Assembly (NCBI GenBank): GCA_018711545.1
Contig: DVIC01000029.1
Location: forward strand, 900 to 64,899
Reading direction: 5' to 3'
Origin: Candidatus Fimenecus stercoravium
Lineage (GTDB): Bacteria > Bacillota > Clostridia > Oscillospirales > Acutalibacteraceae
DNA: 64,000 nucleotides
Shown here: piece after piece, positions 1 to 11,456 of the stretch
How positions within the stretch are numbered: position 1 is the stretch's first letter
How the letters are laid out: every line of letters begins with the position of its first letter
Made by a program: the position numbers and the translations under genes
Notes under the pieces: generated by a model
What the model saw: the letters and a program-made list of their open reading frames with translations, nothing else
Database searches by the model: none
What the model was told of the DNA's origin: nothing

Positions 1-366
1 ATGGCGCGCGTCAAATCCCAGATCCGCCGCTATGCGACGTTCGGGAGCCTTGAAACACGTGAGAACGTGCTGACCACAGGCGGTCTTACGCTCGACCCCG
101 ACTCCAAGGAGGTCACGCTCGACGGCGAGCCCGTGCGCCTGACCGCCACGGAATACGGGATTCTGGAGTTTTTGATGAAAAATATGGGCAGGGTGCTTTC
201 CACGAACCAGATCTATGAAGCGGTCTGGAACGAGCCCGCCTTTTCCACCGAGAAAACCGTGACCGTACACATCCGCCGCATCCGCGAAAAAATCGAGATC
301 AATCCCAAGGACCCAAAGTATCTGAAGGTGGTGTGGGGCATTGGCTACAAAATTGAAAAATATTAA
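1..366 (+). CDS. OmpR/PhoB-family response regulator, C-terminal winged-helix effector domain only (5' part outside window)
   Basis: Frame is open from base 1. Translation ...VRLTATEYGILEFLMKNMGRVLS...VTVHIRRIREKIE...YLKVVWGIGYKIE fits the Trans_reg_C pattern. Stop TAA at 364-366. The cognate kinase follows with an overlap. Confidence 0.85.
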   Translation: MARVKSQIRRYATFGSLETRENVLTTGGLTLDPDSKEVTLDGEPVRLTATEYGILEFLMKNMGRVLSTNQIYEAVWNEPAFSTEKTVTVHIRRIREKIEINPKDPKYLKVVWGIGYKIEKY

Positions 367-2854
367 ATACGCCTATGGCTTGAAAACCGTAGCGTTCCTG
401 CTGGCAGCGGCATGCGTGTTTTCGGGCGCATGGAGCGCGGGCAGCATCGTGAATATCCTCAACGATTTCGGCTGGGAAAACACCATGGTGCGCGAAAAGC
501 CTGTGTTCACGGACACCGCACTGTTCCAAAACGAGGTGGACAGCGCATCGCAAAACCTATGCAGCGCTTACATTTACAACGACTGGGAGACCGATGCGCT
601 GCCGAATTATGCCACCCTTGCAGAAGAGCAGGCTGCCGCCGAACAGGTGCGCCGGCAGCTGCGCGAGAGCGTATACAACGAGCTTTCGGGCGAATATTCC
701 TATCTTTATAACGAATACGGCGAGCCTGTGACCGCTGTATCCGGCAGCGAGACGCAAACCTACACGCCCACCGAGGAGGAGCTTGAGGAAGCATACAGCA
801 CCGCGTCCTCCTTCTATTCACTGCGCGACTTTGACGTAGATGTCTATATCAATGCGTCGATGACCGCCGAGGAGCTGGCGGCGGATGTGGCGGAACTTTA
901 CACCGCACAGCTCAATTACGCACAGCGCTCGTTCCGCGCGGGCGTACTGCGCGCAGAGGAAGCGATTTCTTCGCTTCGCAATTTCCGCTATCTGCTTGTC
1001 AACACGCAGACCGGCGAAGTGCTGACGAACATGGCGGGTGTTTCTACCGCCGCCGACTTTTTCAATGCGTTTTCCGACGATGATTGGTACTTTGGCTACA
1101 CGGTCGAAAGCGGGCTGATCCGCTATTCCGAATCGGCGGCACAAATGGCGCAGGACAGCACCCAAAGCAGCGGTATGAACAGCTTTTTGATGCCCTTCCT
1201 GGATTCCAATTTTTCAGAGGAAGGCTTTGACGTCTATTTCGGCGTATCGCAGCAGCTTTCAGAGGGCGACAGCTTTTGGACGGCTGCACAGACCTTTGAA
1301 ACGAGCTCCGCACAGATCGACCGCTTGATGGCGGTGCTCGTTTGCACGCTGACTGCCGCGCTGGCGCTTTCCGTCTACCTGCTTTTGACCGCCGGACGTG
1401 TGCGCGGCAGCGATGAGATCCAATTTCTGCCGCAGGACCGTCTGCCCTGCGACATACACCTTTTCCTCTCCGGTGTGATTTGTCTCGGCTTGACGATCCT
1501 TGCCCTTTGGCTTATGGACGGCTTTATCGGCACCTCGGACACCTCTTACCAGATCCGCAGCGTCTCACTGCTGCAGCTCGGCGCCTCTTTCTGCGCGGCG
1601 CTGTTGTATGCCTTTTTGGCGGAATGGGTGCTGTCGGTCACAAAATATGCAAAATCCCGCCGACCGTATTTCGGCTCGATGCTGCTTGTACGCGGGGCAC
1701 GGCGTTTTGCCGCCTGGGTACGCCGCACGCGGCACCGTATGACGCACATCTCCAAGAAAGCGATCGTGCTCGCGTGCGTGTATCTGCTCGTGAACTTCCT
1801 GCTGTTTGCGACCGGCAATTCCGTGATGCTGCTGCCGGCGATCGTATTCAATGTGATCGCGCTGGTCCTCATTTGGAAATACCTTTCTTCGCTTGACAAG
1901 ATCATGGATGCTGCCGAGGCCGGCAAGCGCGGCGAAAAAACCGCGCCGCTCAACGCCGACCGCATGCCGGAACCGCTGGGGAGCTTAGCGCGCAATCTGA
2001 CCGTTACGCAGGAGGAAATGCAGAAAGCCGTGCAGGAAGCGGTCAAAGGCGAGCGCATGAAAGCGGAGCTGATCACCAACGTCTCGCACGATTTGAAAAC
2101 GCCGCTGACCTCGATCATTTCCTATGTAGATCTGCTCAAGAAATGTGACATTGACGACCCGAACGCGCAAAGCTATATCACGGTGCTCGACGAAAAATCC
2201 ACCCGCTTAAAGCGGCTCATTGAAGATCTGGTCGAAGCGTCAAAGGCGTCTTCCGGTGCGGTGACCCTGCACAAAATGCACGTCAACCTGTATGAATTGG
2301 CGGTGCAGGCGATCGGCGAGATGGAGGACAGTTTTGCCGAGCGCGATCTGCAGATCGTGCTGAACACCCCGGAAGAAGCTCCCGTTGTATTCGCCGACAG
2401 CCAAAAGACCTGGCGCGTCATTGATAATCTGCTGAGCAACGCACGCAAATACTCCCTGCCCGGCTCACGGGTCTACGTGGATGTGTTCCCCGATGGTTCG
2501 AACGGCGTGTTCCGCATCAAGAACGTATCGGGCGAGCCGCTGAACATCGACCCCGACGAGCTGACCCAGCGCTTCGTGCGCGGCGACGCTTCGCGAACGC
2601 TCGAGGGCAGCGGGCTGGGGCTCTCCATTGCAAAAGACCTGTGTGCGCTGCAGGGCGGCAAGCTGAAGCTTGAGATCGACGGGGATCTGTTTAAGGCGAC
2701 CGTTTCGCTTCCCGCTTCGGGCGCAGCCCGGCTTGCAGAAGCCGTGCAGGCGCAGCAGGCACAGATGCCGCCGACCCCCGCGCAGGAAAATCCATCTGCA
2801 GCGGATACGTCCCCCACGACCGCCGACGCACCGTCGGCAGAAAGGCAGGTATGA
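341..2854 (+). CDS. membrane sensor histidine kinase (HisKA + HATPase_c) with a long N-terminal extracytoplasmic region and several TM segments
   Basis: H-box ELITNVSHDLKTPLTSIISYVDLL; N box NLLSNARKYS; G box GSGLGLSIAKD. TTG start at 341 lies ~8 nt after AAGGTGG. The gene overlaps the regulator stop. Confidence 0.9.
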   Translation: MATKLKNIKYAYGLKTVAFLLAAACVFSGAWSAGSIVNILNDFGWENTMVREKPVFTDTALFQNEVDSASQNLCSAYIYNDWETDALPNYATLAEEQAAAEQVRRQLRESVYNELSGEYSYLYNEYGEPVTAVSGSETQTYTPTEEELEEAYSTASSFYSLRDFDVDVYINASMTAEELAADVAELYTAQLNYAQRSFRAGVLRAEEAISSLRNFRYLLVNTQTGEVLTNMAGVSTAADFFNAFSDDDWYFGYTVESGLIRYSESAAQMAQDSTQSSGMNSFLMPFLDSNFSEEGFDVYFGVSQQLSEGDSFWTAAQTFETSSAQIDRLMAVLVCTLTAALALSVYLLLTAGRVRGSDEIQFLPQDRLPCDIHLFLSGVICLGLTILALWLMDGFIGTSDTSYQIRSVSLLQLGASFCAALLYAFLAEWVLSVTKYAKSRRPYFGSMLLVRGARRFAAWVRRTRHRMTHISKKAIVLACVYLLVNFLLFATGNSVMLLPAIVFNVIALVLIWKYLSSLDKIMDAAEAGKRGEKTAPLNADRMPEPLGSLARNLTVTQEEMQKAVQEAVKGERMKAELITNVSHDLKTPLTSIISYVDLLKKCDIDDPNAQSYITVLDEKSTRLKRLIEDLVEASKASSGAVTLHKMHVNLYELAVQAIGEMEDSFAERDLQIVLNTPEEAPVVFADSQKTWRVIDNLLSNARKYSLPGSRVYVDVFPDGSNGVFRIKNVSGEPLNIDPDELTQRFVRGDASRTLEGSGLGLSIAKDLCALQGGKLKLEIDGDLFKATVSLPASGAARLAEAVQAQQAQMPPTPAQENPSAADTSPTTADAPSAERQV

Positions 2855-3054
2855 CCATGCTGATTTCCCTAAGTGTTTTTGTCATTCTCAGCGGCGCAGC
2901 AGCTGCGCTGCTCATTGCCCGCCGTTTGCGCCGCAGCCCCTCGGAGGGTGTGGTTTGTGAAGTTTTGGAGGGCGTGCAGTTTTGCAGCTATTGTATGGTC
3001 GCGTTAGGCCTTGTGGCGCTGTATGGGCTTTTGTCGGGGCAGATCCGGTTTTGA
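2851..3054 (+). CDS. small hydrophobic protein (two predicted TM segments), start overlaps kinase stop (ATGA)
   Basis: 67-aa ORF MTMLISLSVFVILSGAAAALLIARRLRR...VALGLVALYGLLSG. The only support is translational coupling to the kinase. Confidence 0.35.
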   Translation: MTMLISLSVFVILSGAAAALLIARRLRRSPSEGVVCEVLEGVQFCSYCMVALGLVALYGLLSGQIRF

Positions 3055-3085
3055 AGTTAGATATATTCACAAATAAATTGACACA

Positions 3086-3123
3086 GCAAAACACAGGGCG
3101 CAGTCGTTTGACTGCGCCCTGTG
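3086..3123 (-). terminator. intrinsic terminator after the 224-aa membrane protein gene
   Basis: Perfect palindrome CACAGGGCGCAGTC-gttt-GACTGCGCCCTGTG (3092-3123), followed on the minus strand by TTTTGCTGTG. Confidence 0.55.
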
Positions 3124-3148
3124 GATCTGTATACGCTTCTGTTTTGGT

Positions 3149-3823
3149 TTACGCCGCTTTTTCCTTTTTCACCTTCGGCGGCTTGTCGCCGAGTTCCACC
3201 AGCTTGTTTGCCCCCGCCCACAAAAGCATGGCGATGAACAGGAACAGCTCGATGAAATACCCCGTTGTCAAGCGGAACACCGTGACCGTGATCAGCCCGC
3301 CGAGCAGCGTCCCGACGACGGACTCCGGCAAAAACGAAGACAGCGTGATCGTCCCGTCCAAAAACGGCGCCGCTACATAGTGGAACGAGATATACATGGC
3401 GATCATCACTAAGATCCCCGCGCCCGCAATGCACATCGGCACGGTCTTTTTCTTGGACACGATCGCGAACGCCAGCAGCACCACGGCGAGCACCACCGCG
3501 AGCACAAAGCATACGGCGAAGGCGATCGCTGCGGGCTTGATCGCGTTCAGGGATTCGGGCAGCGACACCGAATCGCCGCCGAAATAGCTCTCGAGCATCG
3601 GCAGGAATTCCGTGCGCAGCTCGTGCAGACTCAAGGATTCCACCGTCTCGCCCGTATCTTCGGAATCCCCCATGAGCTGCGAAAGCAGCTGAAACGCAGA
3701 GGACTGTGTCAAAACATATATATAGTCGCAAAAATATGCCGCGATCGGCACGCACACGGCGAGTACCGCCATCACCAGACGGTACAGGATCTCCTTGCCG
3801 CCTTTTTGCTTGACCTTAGCCAT
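3149..3823 (-). CDS. polytopic membrane protein, family not recognised
   Basis: 224-aa ORF with about 5 hydrophobic segments and a Lys-rich C-terminus. It sits directly downstream of glnS on the same strand. Confidence 0.6.
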   Translation of the reverse strand: MAKVKQKGGKEILYRLVMAVLAVCVPIAAYFCDYIYVLTQSSAFQLLSQLMGDSEDTGETVESLSLHELRTEFLPMLESYFGGDSVSLPESLNAIKPAAIAFAVCFVLAVVLAVVLLAFAIVSKKKTVPMCIAGAGILVMIAMYISFHYVAAPFLDGTITLSSFLPESVVGTLLGGLITVTVFRLTTGYFIELFLFIAMLLWAGANKLVELGDKPPKVKKEKAA

Positions 3824-3866
3824 ATTCGATTCTCCTTTATCGCACCTTTTTCACCGCACAGCCCGT

Positions 3867-5555
<1,689 letters not shown>

Positions 5556-5602
5556 TCGTCAAAACCTCCTTCGCGCCGCAAAGCGCGCTGTATATGTCAA
5601 AA

Positions 5603-7270
5603 TCAAATACCCTTGTAATACGCAGCGGCTGCCGAAAGCCGTGTGCACACGGTCTCGCGTCCCAAAAGCCGCAGAATCGTGCAAAGATCCGGGGTGTTGG
5701 TGCGGCCCGTGACCGCCACGCGGATCACCGTAGACACGTCGCTGACGTTGCCCTTATAGCTTTCCGGATCCGCTTTCCAATCACGCATTTCTGCGGCAAA
5801 GCCCAGCGGCGCGCAGATGGATTTGACTTTCGCAAACCACGTGTCCTTGTCGTCCTCGGGCGACCAGACCGTTACATACTGCTCCAGAATCGCCGCTGCG
5901 TCGCGCGGGTCGATGTGTTCGGGCAGGGTGTAATCCGCTTTGTACAGATCGTCATACATATAGGAAAAATACGGCTGTACTTCCGAAAACGCCGCCAGAT
6001 CCTTGCGCGGCTTTTTGCCGCCGCGGTCGAGGGCAAGCATGCCGAGCGCCTTTTCGCGGTCTGCTTCAAGCCGCTGTGCAAACGCTTCGTCATAGACCTT
6101 TGCCCACGCGAGCGTGCGTTCGTACACCTCTTCGGCAGTCATGCGGGAGATGCACAGCTTGCTGACGTCGCGCAATTTTACCATGTCGAACAGGGCGCCC
6201 GACACAGACAGTTTTTTGAGGTTAAAGGGGAACGCAGTCAGTTCTGCGGTCGGATTCGCGCGCCGCCAGTCCTCGAAATTGGAGTTAAGCAGCGTCAACA
6301 GGTATTCTTTGACACTTTGGGCCGGATACCCCTCCGCCGCAAAATGGCTGACCGCCGCCTCCGGGTCCTTGCGCTTGGAAATTTTGCGCTTGCCGCCGGT
6401 TTCCTCGTCGATCTTCATGATCTGCGGGGTGTGGGCGTATTTCGGCACGCGGAAGCCGCATGCCCGAAACAGCGCGATATGCTTCGGCAAAGAGGGCAGC
6501 CACTCCTCGCCGCGAATGACGTGCGTGGTGCGCATAAAGTGGTCATCGCAGACGTGCGCGAAATGGTAGGTCGGCACGCCGTCGCTTTTTAACAGCACCT
6601 CGTCAATGATGTTTTCGGGCATTTCGAGCTTTCCCCGCGCCATATCTTCGATCACGATACGGCGCGCTTCGTCGCCGTCGGAACGCAGCCGCAGCACATA
6701 GGGCTTGCCGGCTTTCAGGTTCGCCTCGATCTCTTCGTCCGAAAGGTCGCGGCACCTGGCATATTTGCCGAAGTAGCCGCGCAAAAGCGCACCCTCGCGT
6801 TCCTGCCGGTCGCGCAATTCCGCAAGCTCTTCCGCCGTGCAGAAGCACGGGTATGCAAGCCCGCGGCGCACGAGGTCTTTCGCCATGATCTGATAAATTT
6901 CCACACGCGCGCTCTGCGTGTACGGCCCGTATGTACCGTTCTCGCCGTCTTTGGTCACACCCTCGTCAAAGGTGATGCCGAAGGCTTCAAGCCCGTCTAA
7001 GATCGCTGCCACGCCGTCGCCGATCTCGCGTTTCTTGTCGGTGTCCTCGATGCGTAAATATACAACGCCGCCGGACTGCCGCGCGGTCATATAGTCCGCC
7101 AGCGCGCCGAACAGCCCGCCGATGTGCAGATACCCCGTGGGGCTCGGCGAAAAGCGGGTCACGCGCGCGCCCTCGGGAAGCTGACGCGGCGGGTATTGCG
7201 CCTCCAAATCGGCAGGCGTTTTTTGGATGTGCGGGAACAGAAGCTCCGCGATTTTTGCACAGTCGGTCAA
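5603..7270 (-). CDS. gltX: glutamyl-tRNA synthetase
   Basis: RFSPSPTGYLHIGG (HIGH) and KISKRK (KMSKS) motifs. TTG start follows GGGAGGA. Confidence 0.93.
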   Translation of the reverse strand: MTDCAKIAELLFPHIQKTPADLEAQYPPRQLPEGARVTRFSPSPTGYLHIGGLFGALADYMTARQSGGVVYLRIEDTDKKREIGDGVAAILDGLEAFGITFDEGVTKDGENGTYGPYTQSARVEIYQIMAKDLVRRGLAYPCFCTAEELAELRDRQEREGALLRGYFGKYARCRDLSDEEIEANLKAGKPYVLRLRSDGDEARRIVIEDMARGKLEMPENIIDEVLLKSDGVPTYHFAHVCDDHFMRTTHVIRGEEWLPSLPKHIALFRACGFRVPKYAHTPQIMKIDEETGGKRKISKRKDPEAAVSHFAAEGYPAQSVKEYLLTLLNSNFEDWRRANPTAELTAFPFNLKKLSVSGALFDMVKLRDVSKLCISRMTAEEVYERTLAWAKVYDEAFAQRLEADREKALGMLALDRGGKKPRKDLAAFSEVQPYFSYMYDDLYKADYTLPEHIDPRDAAAILEQYVTVWSPEDDKDTWFAKVKSICAPLGFAAEMRDWKADPESYKGNVSDVSTVIRVAVTGRTNTPDLCTILRLLGRETVCTRLSAAAAYYKGI

Positions 7271-7399
7271 AAGAATTCCTCCCGGGCGGCATTTGCCGTC
7301 GGTTCAAAATGTATGCGTCTATTATCGCAGAAATCGGCGCAAGTATCAACAGTTTTTTCACTTTCAAAGGATTTTTTTGCGAAAACGCGCCGTTCTATC

Positions 7400-7436
7400 G
7401 CAAAAAGCAGCAGCCCGCATACGCAGACTGCTGCTT
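7400..7436 (-). terminator. intrinsic terminator closing the rimP...ribF-adh transcription unit
   Basis: AGCAGCAG-N14-CTGCTGCT hairpin (7406-7435), followed on the minus strand by TTTTTG. Confidence 0.6.
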
Positions 7437-7449
7437 GAAAAAATTCGTC

Positions 7450-8658
7450 TTATTCCTCGATCTTCAGCTTGCGGACGATGTCGCACAGGTGTTCTTTCGT
7501 GAAGATCACCGGCGTGGGATACAGCGGGTGCGCTTCTTTCATGGCGCGTTCGACGATCAGATCGATATCCTCATCGCGGATCTGTGTAAAGCCCGTGGGG
7601 ATGTTCATGCGCGTGTTCATACCCTTGATCGCTTCAATGAATTTGCACGCTTTATCCGCTTCGCTCACGCCGGGGACGCCCGCGATATCGGCAAACTTTG
7701 CCAAGCGCGGATAGATCGCGCTGCCGTACTCCTCCAGCACGACGGGCAATATCACGGCATTTGCAAGCCCGTGCGGAATACCGTACATGCCGCCGAGGTT
7801 GTGCGCAATGGCGTGGACATAGCCGACGTAAGCGCGCGTGAACGCCATGCCGGCATAGAACGACGCAAGCAGCATATTGTTGCGCGCTTCTATGTTCTTG
7901 CCGTCGTTGTAGGCGGTCTCCAGATTTTCAAAGATGAGCTTCGTCGCCTTTTCGGCATATTCGGAGGTAGATTTCACATTGCTCTTGCCGATATACGCCT
8001 CTACCGCGTGGGTGAGCGCGTCCAACCCCGTTGTCGAGGTGATGTGCGGAGGAAGCCCCACGGTAAGCTCGGGGTCGAGGACCGCGAATTTCGGACGGAG
8101 CGAGGGGTCGTTGATGGCATATTTTTCATGCGTCTGCGTGTTGGAGACGACCGCCGCAAGCGTTGTTTCCGAGCCTGTGCCCGCCGTCGTGGGCACGGCA
8201 TAGAACGGCGGCAGCTTGTGCATGACCTTTAAGACGCCGCGCATCTGCGGGATGGATTTGTTCGGACGCGCCACACGCGCCGCAGCAGCTTTTGCACAAT
8301 CCATGGGGCTGCCGCCGCCGAAAGCGATGATCCCCTCGCAGTTGTTCTGCAAGAACAGCTCGCGTGCTTCCTCGATATTCTCAATGGAGGGATTCGGCTG
8401 CACGCCGTCGTAAACAACATAGTGGATGTTCTTCGCCTTCAGCTCTTCAAACAGGCCGTCGAGCAGATGCAGATTCATCAGTCCCTTATCCGTAACGATC
8501 AGGATATTCTGGATACCCTTATCCGCGATCACGCCCGGCAGCTGCCGAATGCAGCCGGGGCCGGTCAGCAGCTGCGGCTCCGACCAGTCGAGGAAGTACA
8601 TAAACACCTTCATGATTTTTTGGAACGCGCGGTAATACGCAACTTTCAAAGCCCACAT
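7450..8658 (-). CDS. iron-containing (group III) alcohol dehydrogenase
   Basis: Fe-ADH pattern: GGGSPMDCAKA, VPTTAGTGSE, and His-rich metal site HAIAHNLGGMYGIPHG. The ATG at 8658 (MWALKVAYYRAF...) is preferred over the TTG at 8703, which has no SD. Confidence 0.88.
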   Translation of the reverse strand: MWALKVAYYRAFQKIMKVFMYFLDWSEPQLLTGPGCIRQLPGVIADKGIQNILIVTDKGLMNLHLLDGLFEELKAKNIHYVVYDGVQPNPSIENIEEARELFLQNNCEGIIAFGGGSPMDCAKAAAARVARPNKSIPQMRGVLKVMHKLPPFYAVPTTAGTGSETTLAAVVSNTQTHEKYAINDPSLRPKFAVLDPELTVGLPPHITSTTGLDALTHAVEAYIGKSNVKSTSEYAEKATKLIFENLETAYNDGKNIEARNNMLLASFYAGMAFTRAYVGYVHAIAHNLGGMYGIPHGLANAVILPVVLEEYGSAIYPRLAKFADIAGVPGVSEADKACKFIEAIKGMNTRMNIPTGFTQIRDEDIDLIVERAMKEAHPLYPTPVIFTKEHLCDIVRKLKIEE

Positions 8659-8711
8659 AGCTTCGCACCGTCCTTTATTGATTTTGGCAGAAACATTTGC
8701 CAATATGGTAT

Positions 8712-9614
8712 TTATTTTACAGGATTTTCACAAAGATTGCAACCCTTTTCCAAATATTCCCGTGCACATTGCGCGTCGCGGCCGATAGCTGCGGAAAGCG
8801 CGTCGAGCGACGAAAACCTCTGTTCCGGGCGCAGATACTTTAAAAGCTCCACGCGTATGCGCTGCCCGTACAGGTCGCCCTCGTAATCAAGAATACACGT
8901 CTCGCTGCGCGCGGTCAAAGTGCCGATGGTCGGGCGCATGCCGAAATTTGTCACGGCGGGGTGATAATCACCGTCTATGCTTACACGCGCGGCATACACA
9001 CCGTATTTCGGGCGCACGAAGCCCTCGGGGAAAAACTGATTGATCGTCGGGAAATGCAGCAGCCTGCCGCGCCGGTCGCCGTGCACGACCTTGAACGCAT
9101 ACGAAAAAGGTCTGCCGAGCATAGCGTTCGCCTGCTCCACTTCGCCGTTTTCGAGCGCGCGGCGGATGCGCGACGAGGATACGGGCGCGCCGGCAAAGCA
9201 GGCGGTACGCGCTACGCGCAGTTCTACGCCCGCTGCTTCGCAGAAGCGGCGCAGGATTTCCGTGTTGCCGGCTTTGTCTTTGCCGAATGTGTAGTTTTCG
9301 CCGCAGCAAAGCTCGCCTGCCGAAAACCGTTTCAGCAGAATCTCTTCAAAAAAATCCCGCGCGGAAAGCGCATGGATAGCGCGAAAATCCACATACAAAG
9401 GCGTGATCCCGTTTTGCCGCAGCAGCGCTTCGCGGTCCTCGGAAGTCAAAAGCGCAGGGGGCGCAGCGCCAAACAAGACCTTGGCGGGGTGTTCGGGGAA
9501 CAGCAGCGCACAAGGCGCACCGCCGCCGCGTTTGGTCAATTCGAGCACCTGCCTGTGGCCGCGATGCAGCCCGTCAAAGGTGCCCAGCGCGATGCAGTTT
9601 TTTTGTTCAGCCAT
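8712..9614 (-). CDS. ribF: bifunctional riboflavin kinase / FMN adenylyltransferase
   Basis: N-terminal ALGTFDGLHRGH nucleotidyltransferase motif and C-terminal PTINQ...GVY riboflavin-kinase block. ATG at 9614 lies 7 nt after AGAGGGTG. Confidence 0.9.
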   Translation of the reverse strand: MAEQKNCIALGTFDGLHRGHRQVLELTKRGGGAPCALLFPEHPAKVLFGAAPPALLTSEDREALLRQNGITPLYVDFRAIHALSARDFFEEILLKRFSAGELCCGENYTFGKDKAGNTEILRRFCEAAGVELRVARTACFAGAPVSSSRIRRALENGEVEQANAMLGRPFSYAFKVVHGDRRGRLLHFPTINQFFPEGFVRPKYGVYAARVSIDGDYHPAVTNFGMRPTIGTLTARSETCILDYEGDLYGQRIRVELLKYLRPEQRFSSLDALSAAIGRDAQCAREYLEKGCNLCENPVK

Positions 9615-10497
9615 CGACAAACACCCTCTTTACAAGCAGGCTTTCGCCGTTTTCAGGCAGTTCGCCGAGCCCCAAAAAGCGGTTTTCCGGCGCATACACG
9701 CGGTAAAGCCCCGCTTGTTCCAACCCTTTGACGCGCGCGGCGAGCAGCTCGCCGCCGTTTTGAAAGCGCACGCCCTGCGCCGCCGTCACCGTCAGCGCGG
9801 GGTACGCGGACAGGCACGCATCCACGGGGCGCAGGACTTCACCGAGACGGTTTTCATCACGCAGGCATTCGAGTTCTTCAAGGGTAACGCAGTCCTTTTC
9901 CGTAAACCCGTTCGCCGCCGTGCGGCGCAGCGCCGTCAGCACCGCACCGGTTCCAAGCTTCTGCCCGATGTCGTGTGCAAGCGAGCGGATATAAGTTCCC
10001 GCCGAGCAGGTGACGCGCAGGGTAAATTCCGCAGCCGTCATATCTGAAAGCACGAGCTCGGAAATACGGATGTGCCGCGGCTTGCGCTCGACCGTCTCCC
10101 CGCGGCGCGCCAATTCGTAAAGCCGCACGCCGTTTTGCGACACGGCGGAATACATCGGCGGAAGCTGCTCGCTCTCGCCGAGGAAGCTTTGCACCGTTTT
10201 TTGCACCTGTTCTTTCGTGACGTTTACGGGACATTCGCCCGTCACCTCGCCTGTGATGTCCAGCGTGTCGGTCGTGATCCCTAAGCGCACGCGCGCAATA
10301 TAAGTCTTTTCGTGCTCGGGCAGGAGCGCTATAAAACGCGAAGCGCCCGAAAGCGCCACGGGGAGCACCCCGGTCGCCATCGGGTCGAGCGTGCCGGTAT
10401 GCCCGGCTTTTTTTGCACCGAGGATCGCCCTCGCGCGGTTCGTCGCGGTAAAGGAGGTGAGCCCCTGTGGTTTGTCTATGCAGATAAATCCTGTCAT
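9607..10497 (-). CDS. truB: tRNA pseudouridine(55) synthase
   Basis: GFICIDKPQGLTS...GHTGTLDPMATGVLPV catalytic Asp motif. Canonical position after rbfA/nrnA. Confidence 0.93.
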   Translation of the reverse strand: MTGFICIDKPQGLTSFTATNRARAILGAKKAGHTGTLDPMATGVLPVALSGASRFIALLPEHEKTYIARVRLGITTDTLDITGEVTGECPVNVTKEQVQKTVQSFLGESEQLPPMYSAVSQNGVRLYELARRGETVERKPRHIRISELVLSDMTAAEFTLRVTCSAGTYIRSLAHDIGQKLGTGAVLTALRRTAANGFTEKDCVTLEELECLRDENRLGEVLRPVDACLSAYPALTVTAAQGVRFQNGGELLAARVKGLEQAGLYRVYAPENRFLGLGELPENGESLLVKRVFVDG

Positions 10498-11456
10498 TGT
10501 GTTTCCAATTCTGTTCTGACCGCGTCTAAAAGCCGGTCCTTCCCTGTTTTGAGCGCGCCTGCCTCGATCTCACAGCCCGCCGCACGCGCGTGGCCGCCGC
10601 CGCCCATTTTCGCACAAATCGCGGAAGCGTCATACGGGGCATAGGTGCGCACCGACACCTTAAAGCTGCCGTCCTCGCGCTCGCGCAAAGTAAGCCCCAC
10701 CGAAACGCCCTCGATCTTGCGCGGTAAGGAGGCGATGCCGTCGCACTCCGTTTCGTTCGAGCCGCTTTGGCGGAACATCTCCTGCGTGATGGTCACAAGC
10801 GCGCAGCGCCCGCCGAACAGCAGTTCGAGCGAGTCGAGCACCAGTGCTTCGAGCTTTAAATACGTCCTGGTTTTGGTTTCAAACATGACGCGGTTGATAT
10901 CGTCAAAATTTGCGCCGCTTCGCAGCATGTCGGCGGCAAGCTCGAGCGTTTCGGGCGTGACGTTGGAATAACGGAAGCAGCCCGTGTCGGTGGAAAGCCC
11001 GGTGTAAATGCAGTCGGCAATCACGGGCGTAATCTCGACACCCAGCGCCGCGATCACACGGTAGATGAGCTCGCAGGTCGCCGCACACTCCTCTAAAAAC
11101 AGCGCGTCTGCGTATTTCGTGTTGGAAAGGTGGTGGTCGATGCACAGATCGACCCGTTCGCCGTATGCCGCTTCGAGCCGCGCGCCGAGGAGCTTTGTAT
11201 CGGCAATATCCACCGCGACGACAAACGCTTCCTGAAAGTCCGCTTCGCCTTGGAGGTCGCGGCGCATATAGTCGTATTTCGGCGGGATCTTGTCGCCGCA
11301 GACGACGCGCGCCGTTTTGCCGAGATGTTGCAGCGCGTGCAGCAGTGCAAACCCGCTGCCGAGCGTGTCGCCGTCCGGATTGAGGTGCGTCAAAATCAGA
11401 ATGCGGTCTTTGGAACGAAGCAGCGCTGCCGCCTGTTCTGCGGTCACGTTACGCAT
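10494..11456 (-). CDS. nrnA: DHH/DHHA1 phosphoesterase (NrnA-type oligoribonuclease / pAp phosphatase)
   Basis: Motifs HLNPDGDTLGS, DIAD, IDHH and GGGGHARAAG. Confidence 0.85.
   Translation of the reverse strand: MRNVTAEQAAALLRSKDRILILTHLNPDGDTLGSGFALLHALQHLGKTARVVCGDKIPPKYDYMRRDLQGEADFQEAFVVAVDIADTKLLGARLEAAYGERVDLCIDHHLSNTKYADALFLEECAATCELIYRVIAALGVEITPVIADCIYTGLSTDTGCFRYSNVTPETLELAADMLRSGANFDDINRVMFETKTRTYLKLEALVLDSLELLFGGRCALVTITQEMFRQSGSNETECDGIASLPRKIEGVSVGLTLREREDGSFKVSVRTYAPYDASAICAKMGGGGHARAAGCEIEAGALKTGKDRLLDAVRTELETQ

Noticed and set aside
2670-2960. 96-aa plus-strand ORF overlapping the kinase 3' end (and many other 60-130-aa ORFs in the track)
   Set aside because: These are alternative-frame or antisense ORFs inside well-supported genes, with Arg/Pro-rich composition and no SD.
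7271-7399. T-box or other riboswitch upstream of gltX
   Set aside because: Only ~130 nt is available before the upstream terminator. I saw no specifier-loop or T-box sequence (AAUUAGGGUGGNACCGCG-like) and no terminator/antiterminator pair.
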